Assembly: GCA_951406725.2 (NCBI GenBank)
Contig: OX597833.1
Coordinates: 50,282,001 to 50,346,000 of the forward strand
Reading direction: 5' to 3'
DNA from: Octopus vulgaris
Lineage: Eukaryota
DNA: 64,000 nucleotides
Made by a program: the position numbers and the translations under genes. The notes beneath the pieces are model-generated. The model made no database searches, was not told where the DNA came from, and saw only the letters and a program-made list of their open reading frames with translations. Positions 1 to 13,960 of this stretch are shown piece after piece. The first letter of the stretch is position 1, and each line of letters begins with the position of its first letter.

Positions 1-23
1 ACATATCTATCTATAATCTGTCT

Positions 24-118
<95 letters not shown>

Positions 119-279
119 GTCATTTATCTATCCATCTATCTATCTATCTATCTATCCATCTATCCATCTATCTATCCATCATTTATCTATCATCTATTTA
201 TCTATCTATCCATCCATCTATCTGTCATTTATCTATCATCTATCTATCTATCTATCCATCTATCTGTCATTTATCTATC

Positions 280-322
<43 letters not shown>

Positions 323-345
323 CATCTATCTGTCATTTATCTATC

Positions 346-400
<55 letters not shown>

Positions 401-623
401 CATCTATCCATCTATCTGTCATTTATCTATCATCTATCTATCTATCTATCTATCTATCCATCTATCCATCTATCTGTCATTTATCTATCATCTATCTATC
501 TATCTATCAATCTATCCATCTATCCATCTATCCATCTATCTATCTGTCATTTATCTATCATCTATCTATCATTTATCTATCATCTATCTATCCATCTATC
601 ATTTATCTATCATCTATCTATCC

Positions 624-684
<61 letters not shown>

Positions 685-720
685 CATACATACATACATA
701 CATACATACATACATACATA
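1..720. repeat. Compound (TCTA)n/(TCCA)n satellite with a recurring TCTGTCATTTATCTATCA variant, followed by (TACA)n
   Basis: Tetranucleotide arrays are directly visible. Confidence 0.95.
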
Positions 721-949
721 GGAAGAATCATGTTGAACCCAAGTTTGTTCCCAACGTATTTTCCACCATTGTGTTAATTTGCTACGTCAGTATTGGATGT
801 TCCAAATGCAACATCATTCATCTATACATACACACACACACACACACACACATGCATACATACATACATACATACATACATACATACATACATACATACA
901 TACACACATACATCCCTCCATACATACATACATATATATATATATTTTG

Positions 950-1538
950 TGCAAGTTGTAACATGTGATACAGTTCCACCTGTCTCGCAATCGTTTTAAC
1001 AGCAACTGAAAGAGCATCCCGCCAGGCCAAATTGCTGATGTGGATGATTAGAAGCCCTGCAAACAAACGCTCTCATAAAAACAGATGACTCGGTATAAGG
1101 ACCACGATCATCTTCCAATCGTCTGTAGGGACATAGGGTTCAATACTGGCTCTTATCAGGTCAGACAAGTTTGGGGCTGTTGGATCCTAGTTCTTGTCCG
1201 AACATGATTAGGAGAAAGGAATTCGTATAACATGATGCAATCTTTGTGCTGACCATCCTTTTTTGTCAAAGACTCTAGGAAGCTAAAGGCTACGGATGAA
1301 AAGCGAAAGCGATGTACTGTCTCAGCTTCCAGTAGCTTTCCAACACAATATATTTCGGGGCGCTGGAATGAGAAAGTCATTTGCTCTATAGCCTTCACGG
1401 TGAGGGTTCTGGTACTAGGAAAATCATAACGAAACAGTTTTTATAAAACTAGGTGGAGTGGGCCTTGTTGCGGAAGTGAGGATGTCACGAATGTCTTCCA
1501 CAATAAAATGCAGGTGTTTCGGTGGTTTCGTTGATACC
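950..1538 (-). mobile_element. Possible highly degenerate Gypsy-type gag remnant
   Basis: Broken minus-strand frames give GINETT, IVEDIRDILT, FLSPNHVRT and LSDLIRASIE, in the order expected for Gypsy gag motifs. Similarity is weak and there are many frameshifts. Confidence 0.3.
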
Positions 1539-1659
1539 TACCTACCTACCTATACATACATACATACATACATACATACATACATACATACATACATACA
1601 TACATACATACATACATGAAGTTGTTTATATGTTATGTCTCCACACGCATCAGTGAATG

Positions 1660-1950
1660 TTCATGGCTCAGTGGTTAGAACGCCAAACTTACGACTGCGA
1701 GTTTGCGTGTCCGATTCCCGGACCGGGCTGCATGTTTCAGTTCACTCAACTGTAGAAATGAGTTGCAACGTCACTGATGCCAAGCTGTATCGGCCTTGCC
1801 TTCCCCTTAGATAACACTGGTGGAATGGAGAGGGGAGGCTGATAAGCATGGGTGATTGCTGGTCTTTCATAAACAACCTTGCCCGGACTTGTGCCTGGGA
1901 TTGTAACTTTCTGGGTGCAATCCCATGGTCATTCATGACCGAAGGGTCTC
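1660..1950 (+). mobile_element. tRNA-derived SINE (family D) with a Deu/Nin-like central motif
   Basis: A-box TGGCTCAGTGG, degenerate B-box GTCCGATTCCC, and CAGTTCACTCAACTGTAGAAATGAGT resembling the Deu/Nin domain. Confidence 0.6.
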
Positions 1951-2154
1951 CACACGCATATATATATATACGATAGATAGATAAATAGATAGACAAACAC
2001 ATACATAAACACGAATTCAAAATATCACTATATATGTGTTTGTGTGCATGATTGCGTGTGTGTGTGTGTCAGTGTGTATGTGTGTGTATGTGCGTGTGGG
2101 AGGGTGTCAGTGGGTGTGTACCATTTTATACGCAAATATAAACGTAAATTTCTA

Positions 2155-3009
2155 TACAAGATGCAATGGGTAAATTGTCACCATTTTATATTTTTTTATT
2201 TCGCGTATTGTTTGTTTTTAATTTCGTTGACTACACAGTGTAGTGGGGTCAGTTGAGCACTGTCTGTGAGAAAAGCAGCACAATGACGTAATTCACTCTG
2301 CCAGAAATTTGGACACGACATAATGTACTGCTTGGTATTCGCGCCAGAAGCTCCAATACGAGCATTTCAGAATGTTTGGATGTCAATCTGAGGACTGATT
2401 GTTCCCAAAGCATATAGCAAAAATCAAACATCCAGTCAACATCATGCTGTTTGGAATGATCACTAGCCCCTATTAATCTTCTTACACAGCTTCAGACTGA
2501 ACACGGAGGCCAACATCATGTGCCTAGCGGAGTAAAGCTGCCCTGGTTCAAGAGAGTGGCTGCTAGAAGACTCTACGTCTGGCAAAAGGACTCTGCACTA
2601 TGCTACACAAGAAGGAGAAGACAGTCATGGCGCTCAGGCAATTTCTGCGACGACATCACCTCTAAAACTTGGCCATTTAACTCTCCACAATGCAACTCCC
2701 TTAGTTAATATGTGTGGGTCGCAGTTGAGCGAAAGACCAACAAGACTCCTTGTAACAACAAAGATGAACTGAAGGCAAGGATTATGGCAGCATTCACCAA
2801 CATAAACAAGGAGACCGCCCAGAAGAGTTGCAGGAGATTCCGAAGTCTTGGCCGTGGTCGAAGTCAATGGCGATATTATTGAATAGATTGACTTTTTAGT
2901 ATTTCAAGATAGTTTTCTGTAATTTTGGTAAATATATGTTATAATGAGATGTCAGTGTTATTTTCATTTTTGTGTAATTTAGACGACAATTTATTAACCA
3001 CACCCTGTA
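2155..3009 (+). mobile_element. Internally deleted Tc1/mariner DD37D (maT-like) transposon fossil
   Basis: Degenerate TIRs TACAAGATGCAATGGGTAAATTGTC and GACAATTTATTAACCACACCCTGTA (17/25 match, TA ends). Translation KHPVNIMLFG...YVWQKDSA-x37-...WPFNSPQCNSL..YVW...DELKARI; the spacing after the second D is 37. Confidence 0.85.
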
Positions 3010-3127
3010 CGTGTATATGCTTACACATCAATATTTTAAAATATGTAAACATATAGAATATGCAAATAAGTATGTTTATTATATATGTAAATATATATAG
3101 TATGAAATATATATATACATATTCATA

Positions 3128-3264
3128 GGCGCAGGAGTGGCTGTGTGGTAAGTAGCTTGCTTACCAACCACATGGTTCCGGGTTCAGTCCCACTGCGTGG
3201 CATCTTGGGCCGACAAATGCCTTGTAAGTGGATTTGGTAGACGGAAACTGAAAGAAGCCTGTCG

Positions 3265-3297
<33 letters not shown>

Positions 3298-3522
3298 ATA
3301 TGTTTGTGTGTCTGTTTTTGTCCCCCCACCATCGCTTGACAACCGATGCTGGTGTGTTTACGTCCCCGTCACTTAGCGGTTCGGCAGAAATATACCGATA
3401 GAATAAGTACTGGGCTTACAAAGAATAAGTCCCGGGGTCGATTTGCTCGACTAAAGGTGGTGCTCCAGCATGGCCGCAGTCAATTGACTGAAACAAGTAA
3501 AAGAGTAAACGAGTAAAAGAGT
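3128..3522 (+). mobile_element. SINE family A (tRNA head, CORE-like body, internal microsatellite, GTAAAAGA tail)
   Basis: A-box TGGCTGTGTGG, B-box GGTTCAGTCCC; body and tail shared with about 30 other copies in the window. Confidence 0.9.
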
Positions 3523-3739
3523 ATATATATATAATCATATAAATATCTATCTATATGCTTATATTATACATATGTAGATACACAGACACACACACAAATA
3601 TATATATACACATATACATACATAAATATATATGTGCACACACATATATATATATACAAATATATATATATTCGTATGCTTGTATGTTTCTTGTGTGTGT
3701 GCTCGTATGTATGTGTGTGTGCGCGTCTATGTGTATGTA

Positions 3740-3777
<38 letters not shown>

Positions 3778-3970
3778 AGTGTGTGTGTGTGTGGATGTTA
3801 CGAGTAAGTTACTTTGTAAATGGAATCAGCTGTGTAGCTGAAATACTTTTATAAAACACAAAACTCTTCGACTGCGTCAGCTTCAGTACTTAAGTAGTAC
3901 TATTCACGTGTTTGCTTGGAAGTTAGGTATTTATTAAAGAAATACGTCTTATTAATGGCTACACACACAC

Positions 3971-4013
<43 letters not shown>

Positions 4014-4126
4014 TCTACAACGTATATATTAATATAAAATCATACATATAAATAGATACATATAGATACGCATATATATATACATGTTTATAGATATACA
4101 TGTATCCACATTTCTATATGTATGGG

Positions 4127-4162
<36 letters not shown>

Positions 4163-4673
4163 GACATACATATTCATATATAATTTCGTATTCATATAGA
4201 TACTCTCAAATGTAAATATATATACATATATTTTACGCATATATAAACGTATATTTACATATTGAAAGACTGAAAGATAGATAGATGGATAGATAGATAC
4301 ACATGCACATACAAAAAGTTTGATAGATAGATACACATGCACATACACATACACACACATAAACACACACACGCTCACTAAGTGACACACACACACTCAC
4401 ACACTCTCTCATATCTCCTTGCTTTTCAGTATTTCATTGACTGGTCCCTGACCATGTTGGTGCATCGTGTTGAAGTTTCTCGTCGAACATTCGATCCTCG
4501 TACTTAATTGAAAAGATTGTAATTATTCTAACGGTCCGATTTGCCGAACTGTTTATCTTACGGGATGTAAACAATGCAATATCTGTTATCAGGCGTTCGT
4601 GGGTGGGGGTGTCAAACACTAAAGAAAAACACAAGCACTTGCATGCACACACACGCACATATATACACATATA

Positions 4674-4704
<31 letters not shown>

Positions 4705-4965
4705 TATATATATATATATATATACATATTATTTATTATATATATATATATATATATACATACATATTATTTATTATATATATAAATATATATACATATT
4801 ATCTATTATATATATATATATATATACATATTATCTATTATATATATATATATATGTATGTATACATATATATATACATATATACATATACATATATATA
4901 CACATATACATATATATACATATATATATCTATATACACATACATGTATACACATATACATATAT

Positions 4966-5001
<36 letters not shown>

Positions 5002-5055
5002 TTACATATATATACCTATATATATACATAACACACACATATATATATGCATATA

Positions 5056-5498
5056 TACTTTGATACTTTGATAGGTTTCGGCCATTATTGGCCCAGGCCA
5101 TGTCTAACTTAATAGCACCACCTGGTGAAGTCTTTCAAGTCAGAATTTGGGCACTATGGCCCACTCAAGTAGAGAGTTATTGTTTACAGAGACATATCCG
5201 GGTGTAGGGGGTTTATCCGGGATTTCTTGAAGGAATCTGTCCAAAGACTTCTTGAACCCTATAGGGTCAGTTTCTGTTTTAATGTGTTTTGGTGTAATGT
5301 TAAAGAGAGCGGGGCCAATTGAGGTGAAATAATTGTGCCGTATTGTTGTTATGAGATGAGAGTGCGATTTTTGTTTTGGGCGGATGGCACGGGGCCCAAG
5401 CCTTGGATGTACCTTAAAGGTGATGCCAACATCATTTGGGCAATGCTGATGGAATATTTTCCACATCATGCAGATGATGTAGCGCTCACGACGACGTT
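5056..5498 (-). mobile_element. 3' end of a CR1-group LINE (C-terminal ORF2 plus 3' UTR)
   Basis: [15 protein letters not shown]...PN...GPALFNITP...FKKSLDRFLQEIPDKP.TPGY...NSLLEW; short tandem tail (TATCAAAG)2. Confidence 0.8.
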
Positions 5499-5632
5499 AT
5501 CTATACATATAAATATATATACACATATCTATACCTACATATATATACACATATCTATACATACATATATATACACATATATCTATACATGCATACATAC
5601 ATATATATACTCATATCTATACACACACATAT

Positions 5633-5675
<43 letters not shown>

Positions 5676-6039
5676 TGGCTTCAATAGAGTTTTCATCAAC
5701 ATCGCACTCACCCATGAGGTATTGGTCGTTTGTGTCTCAGTTCCCCCGCAGTTAGTCTCGACTCGAAACCACATGGTTAGAAAAGGAACTTCTTAACTGC
5801 ATAGCCATGCCTCGGTAAGTGTTGAATATTTTACCGCCCCTAAATGCTCAGTCCCGCACAATGCACTTTTAACTTAAGACTAGAAGTCGTCTGTGCATGG
5901 AAATCTCCCTTCTCTGCATCACCACCATTGCCCAATGAAGTGTTCTTTTTGGTAAAATCCCTCACAGCTTGGCACTATGGTCCATGAAGGCTTTAAGGTC
6001 GGTACCAGGTTGCTCGTACTGGCTACTCCGTCGGTTACC

Positions 6040-6260
6040 ACGACGTAAACACACCAGCATCGGTCGTCAAGCGATACTGGGGTACAAACACAGACACAAA
6101 AACATATATATACACACACATATAAATATATATATACGACGAGCTTCTTTCAGTTTCCATCTACCAAATCCACTCACAAGAGTTTGGTTGGCCCACGGCT
6201 ATAGTAGAAGACACAAGCCCAAGGTGCCACGCGGTGGGACTGAACTCGGAACCATGCGGT
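6040..6260 (-). mobile_element. SINE family A, partial
   Basis: Matches the reverse complement of the family A head and body. Confidence 0.85.
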
Positions 6261-6269
6261 CTAGAAGGA

Positions 6270-6575
6270 GGTTCACTCCATCGGTTACCACGACAAAGGT
6301 TCCAGTCGATCTAACCAACGGAACAGCCAGATCGTGAAGCTAACGTGTAAGTGGCTGAATGCTCTGCAGACATGTGCACCGTTGACGTAGTTTTCCGGGA
6401 GATTAAGCATGACACAGTGTGACAAAGTTGGCCCCTTGAAATACAGGTACTACTCATTTTTGCTAGCTAAGTGAACTGGAACAACGTGAAATAAAGTGTC
6501 TTGCTCAAGAACACAGCACGCCGTCAGGAATCGAACTCAGGACCGTAAGCCGAATACCTCTAACCAGTAAGCTAG
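6270..6575 (-). mobile_element. tRNA-derived SINE (family E)
   Basis: The reverse complement has B-box GTTCGATTCC, TTGAGCAAGACACTTTAT and a CAGTTCACTTAGCT motif; homologous to 25728-26068. Confidence 0.7.
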
Positions 6576-6949
6576 TACACTACAACAAGTTCCCTTGCCA
6601 GTTTTTCTGACAATCCATCGCTTTGAATTGTTATCACTGGGATTTGAACTTAGAACGTTGTCAGAACTGCCAAAATAGACATACTCTGGTACTTTCTTAT
6701 TAGCGAGAACCAAATTCTTTTATTTCTTAGAGGATTAATAAACAAACTCCTAGTCTCTTGCCCTTTTCCTTTTCCATGAAGTAGTGATGGTTTTTCCGAA
6801 AGTTTGTTCATTGACTGACCGTTATACACGCCTCACTGGTGTGACAGTTTATGTAGGAAAAAGAAATAATAATAATTGGCTGTCTAAATATGAAAGAACT
6901 CATGCTCCTTCGCCACCATCCTATCACTGTTATATTAATTCGCAATATT

Positions 6950-7380
6950 TTCCTGGACTGGCAGAATCGTGACCACGCCAGGCAAACTGTTGAGCGACAA
7001 TAGATCGGTCTTTACGTTCTGAGTTCAAGTTCTGCCGAGATCAACTTTACATTTCATGCTTTCGGGCTCGATAAAATAAACACCAGTTGAACACTTGGGT
7101 TGCTGTAATCGACTTAACGTCATTCGAAGCTGCTGACTTTCTGACAAAATTTGAAACCAATATTTTACTAAATCGATACTATTGTAAGTTACACCGGACA
7201 AAATGCGTAGCAGCATTTCGTAGGTTTTTACATTCTGTGCTCAAATCCTCCTGAGCTGGACTTTGCCTTTCATCGTTTCGGAGTCGATAAAATAAGTACC
7301 AATTGAAAATACTATCGATGTAATCGACTTAATCCCCACCATAAGCATTGCTGGTCTTGTGCCAAAATTTGAGACCTATA
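6950..7380 (+). mobile_element. Two degenerate Meta/MESC-domain SINE (family B) copies in tandem
   Basis: Diverged GCCGAGGTCGACTTTGCCTTTCATCCTTTCGGGGTCGATAAA core appears twice. Confidence 0.7.
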
Positions 7381-7426
7381 TTTTGCTGAATCGACTTTCA
7401 TCAGGATGTGAACCTCCTTCTAGACT

Positions 7427-7806
7427 GAGTTCAGTCCCACTGCGTGGCACCTTGGGCAAGCGTCTTCTACTATAGCCGTGGACCAACCAAAGCTTTGAGA
7501 GTGGATTTGGTAGACGGAAACTGAAAGAAGCCCGTCGTATATATATGTATATATTATGTATGTATGTATGTATGTATGTATGCATGTGTATATATATGGT
7601 TGTGTGTGTATTTGTCCCCTCAACATCGCTTGACGATCGATGCTGGTGTGTTTACGTCCCCGTAACTTAAGGGGTTCGGCAAAAGAGACCAATAGAATAA
7701 GTACTAGGCTTACAAAGAATACGTCCTGGGGTTGATTTGCTCGACTAAAGGCTGTGCCCCCAGCATAGCCGCAGTCAAATGACTGAAACAAGATAAAGAA
7801 TAAAAG
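7427..7806 (+). mobile_element. SINE family A, 5'-truncated
   Basis: Begins at the B-box; full body and tail. Confidence 0.9.
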
Positions 7807-8293
7807 AAAAAAAAATGTCTCCCTGCTATTTCATTATACGTTTTCTGCAATCACCGTAAAACAAACTAAAACGGTAGCTGTTCGATTCCAATCATTAATT
7901 TTGCAGTACTTTCCAAAGCGATGTGCCTCCCCTCTCCAGACAAATTAACGAGGTGTGAGAATTCAGTGTATATCAGTTCATGATGTCGGTAGATTAGATC
8001 ATAAGATGCCTTGCAATATTTCGTTGAGCCTATTTATATATATTCTTCCAAACTCGACGTAGTTGAGTCTGAGATCCAGTCATCGCAATGGTCGATGTAA
8101 TCGTACCCCTGGAGTTCTCCGATCAGCTATTTCTTGCCCCTACGCTAGAAAACACCATGTGTGTGTGTGTGTGTGTGTGTGTGCGCGTTTACACAAACAC
8201 ACACACACGCACATATACACACAAACACACACATATACGGAAAGATGGTTATACGTGTATATATGTATTCACGAACGTATGTGAATTGGTGTG

Positions 8294-8531
8294 CATGTGG
8301 TAAGTAGCTTGCTTACCAACCACGTTGTTTCGGGTTCACTTCCACAGCGTGGCACTTTGGGCAAGTGTCTTCTACTATACCTTGTGAGTCTTGTGAGTGG
8401 AATTGGTAGAAGGAAACTGAAAGAAGCCCGTTGTATATATGTATATATATATGTTTGTGCGTCTGTGTTTGTCCCCCCAACATCGCTTGCCAACCGATGT
8501 TGGTGTGTTTACATACCCGTAACTTAGCGGT
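8294..8531 (+). mobile_element. SINE family A, 3'-truncated
   Basis: Head and body match the other copies. Confidence 0.85.
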
Positions 8532-8569
8532 TATACATTTGTGTACATACATCCACACACACACACGTA

Positions 8570-8606
<37 letters not shown>

Positions 8607-8737
8607 TATACATATATATACACATATATATATCCATACATATATATACACATATATATATCCATACATATATATACACACATATATATATACATATATA
8701 TATATATACATATATATACATACATACATTATATATA

Positions 8738-8777
<40 letters not shown>

Positions 8778-8916
8778 CACACACACACACACACACGCAC
8801 ATATGCATATATGGTTAAAGGACGTCATCAAGAGTAAACAACATGAAATACGAAAACAAATGAGTTCAAGACGCAAACGACCAGAGAAAGAAATGATACT
8901 TATATGCATTTATACA

Positions 8917-9010
<94 letters not shown>

Positions 9011-9202
9011 TACCCAGAAACATCTACATTTTGCTTTAAGGGACTTGAGAATAAGTATTTGGTACGCGTAGCCCATATTTATTTGTATGAAATATATGCT
9101 GACACCGACACACATTAGCACATACACACACACACACACACACACAAAGGTATTCTCAGATTAATAGAATGCGCTAAAACAGACCATTAACATTTAGTTA
9201 TA

Positions 9203-9250
<48 letters not shown>

Positions 9251-9651
9251 CGTATGCGTGTGTGAGCCGTGCTTGTGTGTAGTAGAATGGACGCTGTTTA
9301 TTATGATGATAGATAATGATATTATAGGCCGGTTACTATCGCAAACAGTTTTTCAAAAATTGATCATAGTAAGTTGCTTTTTTAACAGGTTTATTCACAA
9401 AAGTATGTGTACGTGTGTGCGTATATATTTATATGCTCTTATTTTAAATTTTGTCTATGGTCCCTCGCCACAGACATATGCACACACAGACACACACACA
9501 CACATACGTGCATTCATATATATGTATACTACATTTAAAATATAGAGCGTGTGACACAGAGACAGAGAAACAGACAGATGGGTAGTTAGATGAGATAGAG
9601 AGATAGATAGAGAGATAGCTAGCTAGCTAGCTAGCTAGATAGCTAGAGAGA

Positions 9652-9765
9652 TAGATATGTTTCTTTATTAGCCACACAGGGCTGCACACAGACAGGACAA
9701 ATTACAAGGTAGAGCTTTTCTTTTGGGGATAAAAAAAAGGGGGTTTGGTTTTCGATCAAAAGGGA
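9652..9765 (-). mobile_element. Putative LINE 3' UTR fragment (L1/Tx1-like tail) inside a (GATA)n tract
   Basis: Minus strand ends TGTGTGCAGCCCTGTGTGGCTAATAAAGAAACA, resembling the family B SINE tail but with a different upstream sequence. Confidence 0.45.
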
Positions 9766-9798
9766 TAGAGAGATAGATAGATAGAGAGATAGATAGAT

Positions 9799-9852
<54 letters not shown>

Positions 9853-9921
9853 ACAGGCAGATAAATAGGTAGATGAATAGATAGATGTGTTTATGTGTTT
9901 ATGTAAGTGTGTATATTCCAA

Positions 9922-9968
<47 letters not shown>

Positions 9969-10504
9969 ACGTGTTGTGTGTACGTGTGTGTGTGTTTGTG
10001 TTAAAACAGTCAAAATCAAAGTCTCTCTCGGACCTTTAAGGTCCATCAGGACGTAACTTATCCTGTTTTTTTTTTTTTACGTAACTGAAAGTTTTAAAAC
10101 TTCAATCTAACAAGGACACGAGTCCGTTGTAGTTTTCAGCTGAGAGAGATAGAGTCTCGTTTAATAAAGCACCTTGCTGATGGTCAAAGATTGTAACCCG
10201 CAATGTGAAGCACAATACCCGATCCGCCGCACCATGCGCCTTCACACGCATACACACACACACACAGACACAAACGCGCGCGCGCCTGTAAACACACACG
10301 CATGCTTATTCATGCATAATACCACCAAACATTGTGATACGCGCACACACACACACACTGTATACATTCACAAGCGATCCTTCGGTATTGGCACACAACA
10401 TCGATCACCCACTCAACCATCCCTAATGACATATATAAATAAGTTAAGCTGAAAAAGAGGCGATATTCTATTGACCAGTATCGAAGGATCAAGCATATAA
10501 TATG

Positions 10505-10670
10505 ATATTTTCTACTCTAGGCACAAGGCCCGAAATTTATGGGGAGGGGGTCAGTCGATTAGATCGACCCCAGTACGCTACTGGTACTTGATTTATCGAC
10601 CCCGAAGAGATGAAAGGCAAAGTCAACCTCGGCGGAATTTCAATTCAGAACGTAATAAGCATTTCGCCTT
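10505..10670 (-). mobile_element. SINE family B, alternative-tail subtype
   Basis: Meta core followed by a GGCCTTGTGCCTAGAGTAGAAA tail. Confidence 0.8.
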
Positions 10671-10710
10671 AAACATATAATATATTATGTGTGTGTATGG
10701 ATGAGTATAT

Positions 10711-10980
10711 TCTTTTACTGGTTTCAGTCATTTGACTGCGGCCATGCTGGAGCACCGCCTTTGATCGAACTAATCGACCCCAGGATTTATTCTTTGTAAG
10801 CCTAGTACTTTTTCTATCGGTATCTTTTGCCGAACTGCTATGTTACGGGGACGTAAACACACCAACATCGGTTGTGAAGCGATGTTTGTGGGGGGGGGGA
10901 CAAGCACAGACACACAAACACACACATACATACATACATATATATACATAAATACACAAAGACACACACACATATAGACA

Positions 10981-11043
<63 letters not shown>

Positions 11044-11208
11044 CACGACAAGCTTCTTTCAGTTTCCGTGTACCAAATCCACTCACAAGGCTTTAATCGG
11101 CCCAAGGCTATAGTAGAAGACACTTGCCTAAGGTGCCATGCAGTGGGACTGAACTCGGGACCATGTGATTGGTGAGCAAGCTTCTTACCACACAGCCACG
11201 CTTGAGCC
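10711..11208 (-). mobile_element. SINE family A, full length
   Basis: Tail-to-head match on the minus strand. Confidence 0.9.
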
Positions 11209-11834
11209 TATATGTGCACTAACCCACATAGAAATTTTGCCAAATTATTCACCAAACTCATCCACAACGTTTGACAGCTTGGCGATATTAGCCTCTCACT
11301 TTACCTCCCTCTCTCTCTATCTGTCTGTCTCAGTCGATATCCAACTCCGGACTATATCCAAGTTATCGTCCCGGTCTACATGAAATCTAGTGTATTGTGT
11401 GTGTGTGTGTGTGTGTTTACGTGCGCGCACACACATACACAATTACATGGGCTGGATATAGGCGCGTTCATCCAGACGCAATATGTACAGTCATACACAT
11501 ACAGTCGCATACATACATACATAAGGCACACGCACATAAGCACACAGACATACAATCACACACACGCACACACACACACAGATTATTACATAAAAAGAGA
11601 TACACAACTATAGCCACATATGCACACACACTCACACACACACACACATAGATTATTACATGAAAACACATACACATAGAAACACACACATACAGTCAAA
11701 TATTCATACAGATACATACACTGGCATACAATCACACACACACGTAGATTTATTACATAAAAACATATACACAACTATAGCCACATACATATATACACAC
11801 ATAAATTATTACATGAAAACATATACACATGTTC

Positions 11835-12038
11835 GTGTGTCTGTGTTTGTCCCCCCAACATCGCTTGACAACCGAAGCTGGTGTGTTTACGTCCCCGTAA
11901 CTTAGCGGTTCGGCAAAAAAAGACCGATAAAATAAGTACTAGGCTTACAAAGAATAAGTCCTGGGGTCGATTTGCTCGACTAAAGGCGGTGCTCCAGCAT
12001 GGCCGCAGTCAATTGACTGAAACAAGTAAAAGAGTAAA

Positions 12039-12077
<39 letters not shown>

Positions 12078-12220
12078 CCCGTCACTTAGCGGTTCGGCAA
12101 AAGGGGCCGATAGAATAAGTATTAGGCTTACAAAGAATAAGTCCTGGGTCGATTCGCTCGACTAAAGGCGGTGCTCCAGCATGGCCTCAGTCTGAAACAA
12201 GTAAAATAGCAAAAGAGTAT
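11835..12220 (+). mobile_element. SINE family A 3' half with a tandem duplicate of the 3' module
   Basis: CTTAGCGGTTCGGC...CAGCATGGCC appears twice. Confidence 0.85.
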
Positions 12221-12539
12221 AGAAACACACAGACACATACAAACAAATATACACACAGACATACCGTGACACACACGTATATTATTGCATTAAAACACAT
12301 GCACACAAATTTACACACACTCAGACATGCAAACATACACCCATACACATTACTATTACGTATAAACATACGCAGTGAAACACACACACGCATACTCATT
12401 GAGACTCACAAACACATACAAACAGAAAACACAAAGACAGGTATACACGCAGGTACAAATAATTGCATACATGCAAAGTTTGATAGACACAATCGCTGGT
12501 ACACACAAATGTAAATACACAGAATCACGTAGACACACA

Positions 12540-13090
12540 CACATGAACACACGATCACACTGAAATACACACACACATATATATATACAAAATTACATTG
12601 AAATGCACGTACACATACATACACATACACAGTCACGCTGAAATACACACATACAGAGAATTAGACTGGAATGCACACACACACACACACACACAGAATT
12701 ACACAGAAATGCACACACACACATATACACACATTCACACACACACGCACACAGAAATACACACACACACACACGCAGAGAATTACACAGAAATGCATAC
12801 ACACGCATACACGCACATAGAGTTACACTGAAAAGCACACACACACACACACACACAGGATTACACAGAAATGCTCTCACACACACACAGAATTACACTG
12901 AAATGCACACACATAGACTTAGAGAATTACACAGAAATGCACACACGCACGCAGAGTTACATTGAAATGCACATACACACACACACAAGATTACACAGAA
13001 TTGCATACACACACACACACACACAGAGAATTACACTGAAATGCACACAGACACACGTACACACAGAATTACGCTGAAATGCAGACACAG
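12540..13090. repeat. Variable-length minisatellite: GAATTACAC(A/T)GAAATGCAC units separated by (CA)n
   Basis: About a dozen or more recurrences of the core are visible. Confidence 0.85.
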
Positions 13091-13607
13091 ACACACACAC
13101 ACATAAAACGGAGACATACAATCAATAAAAAGCACACGAAGATACGCACACTCACGTACACAGCACACGTAAACACACTAATAAGGACGCAACACAATGG
13201 CACTTACACACATACACACACAGATGTACGTACACAATTATACCAATTAAACGTACGCACTCATACACGCGCACATACAGACACACACTATCAAGTTAAA
13301 AATGCAGACAAGATTTCGTCTCTCCAGGTCATTCACCTTATTCTTAAGTTCTGCTGCGAGGATGCGATGGGATCCCGCTGCGTAGCAGTCAAACGTCCCT
13401 TAATTTTGCACCCTACCGGTGTATATTTTAAAGGAACACCGGAGATTGGAGGCATGTTGAATGCTTTGAGTTTGAATAAAGCAAGACGGGAATGGTCTCA
13501 GTTGAAACTCAGTTGATCTTTAGTTCACGGACTTTGGACCACATCAAAAATGGCTATTTTGGCTCCCAGACTGTTGGCGGGGAGGGGGGCAACATACCTG
13601 TTGAATG

Positions 13608-13672
13608 TTAAGCGATGCTTGGAGGGGGGCAAACTCAGACACACAAACAAACACACACATGCATATACATAG

Positions 13673-13716
<44 letters not shown>

Positions 13717-13960
13717 CATATACATACATATATACATACATATATACATATACATATATATACATATACATATATATATGTATGTATATGTATATATACG
13801 ACGGGCTTCTTTCAGTTTCCGTCTACCTAATCCACTCACAAGGCTTTGGTCGGCCTGAGGATATAGTAGAAGACACCTACCCAAGATGCCACGCAGTGAG
13901 AATGAACCCAGAACCATGTGGTTGGTTATCAGGCTACTTACCACACAGTCACTCCTGCTC
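13608..13960 (-). mobile_element. SINE family A, 5' half
   Basis: Head, body and internal microsatellite present. Confidence 0.85.
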
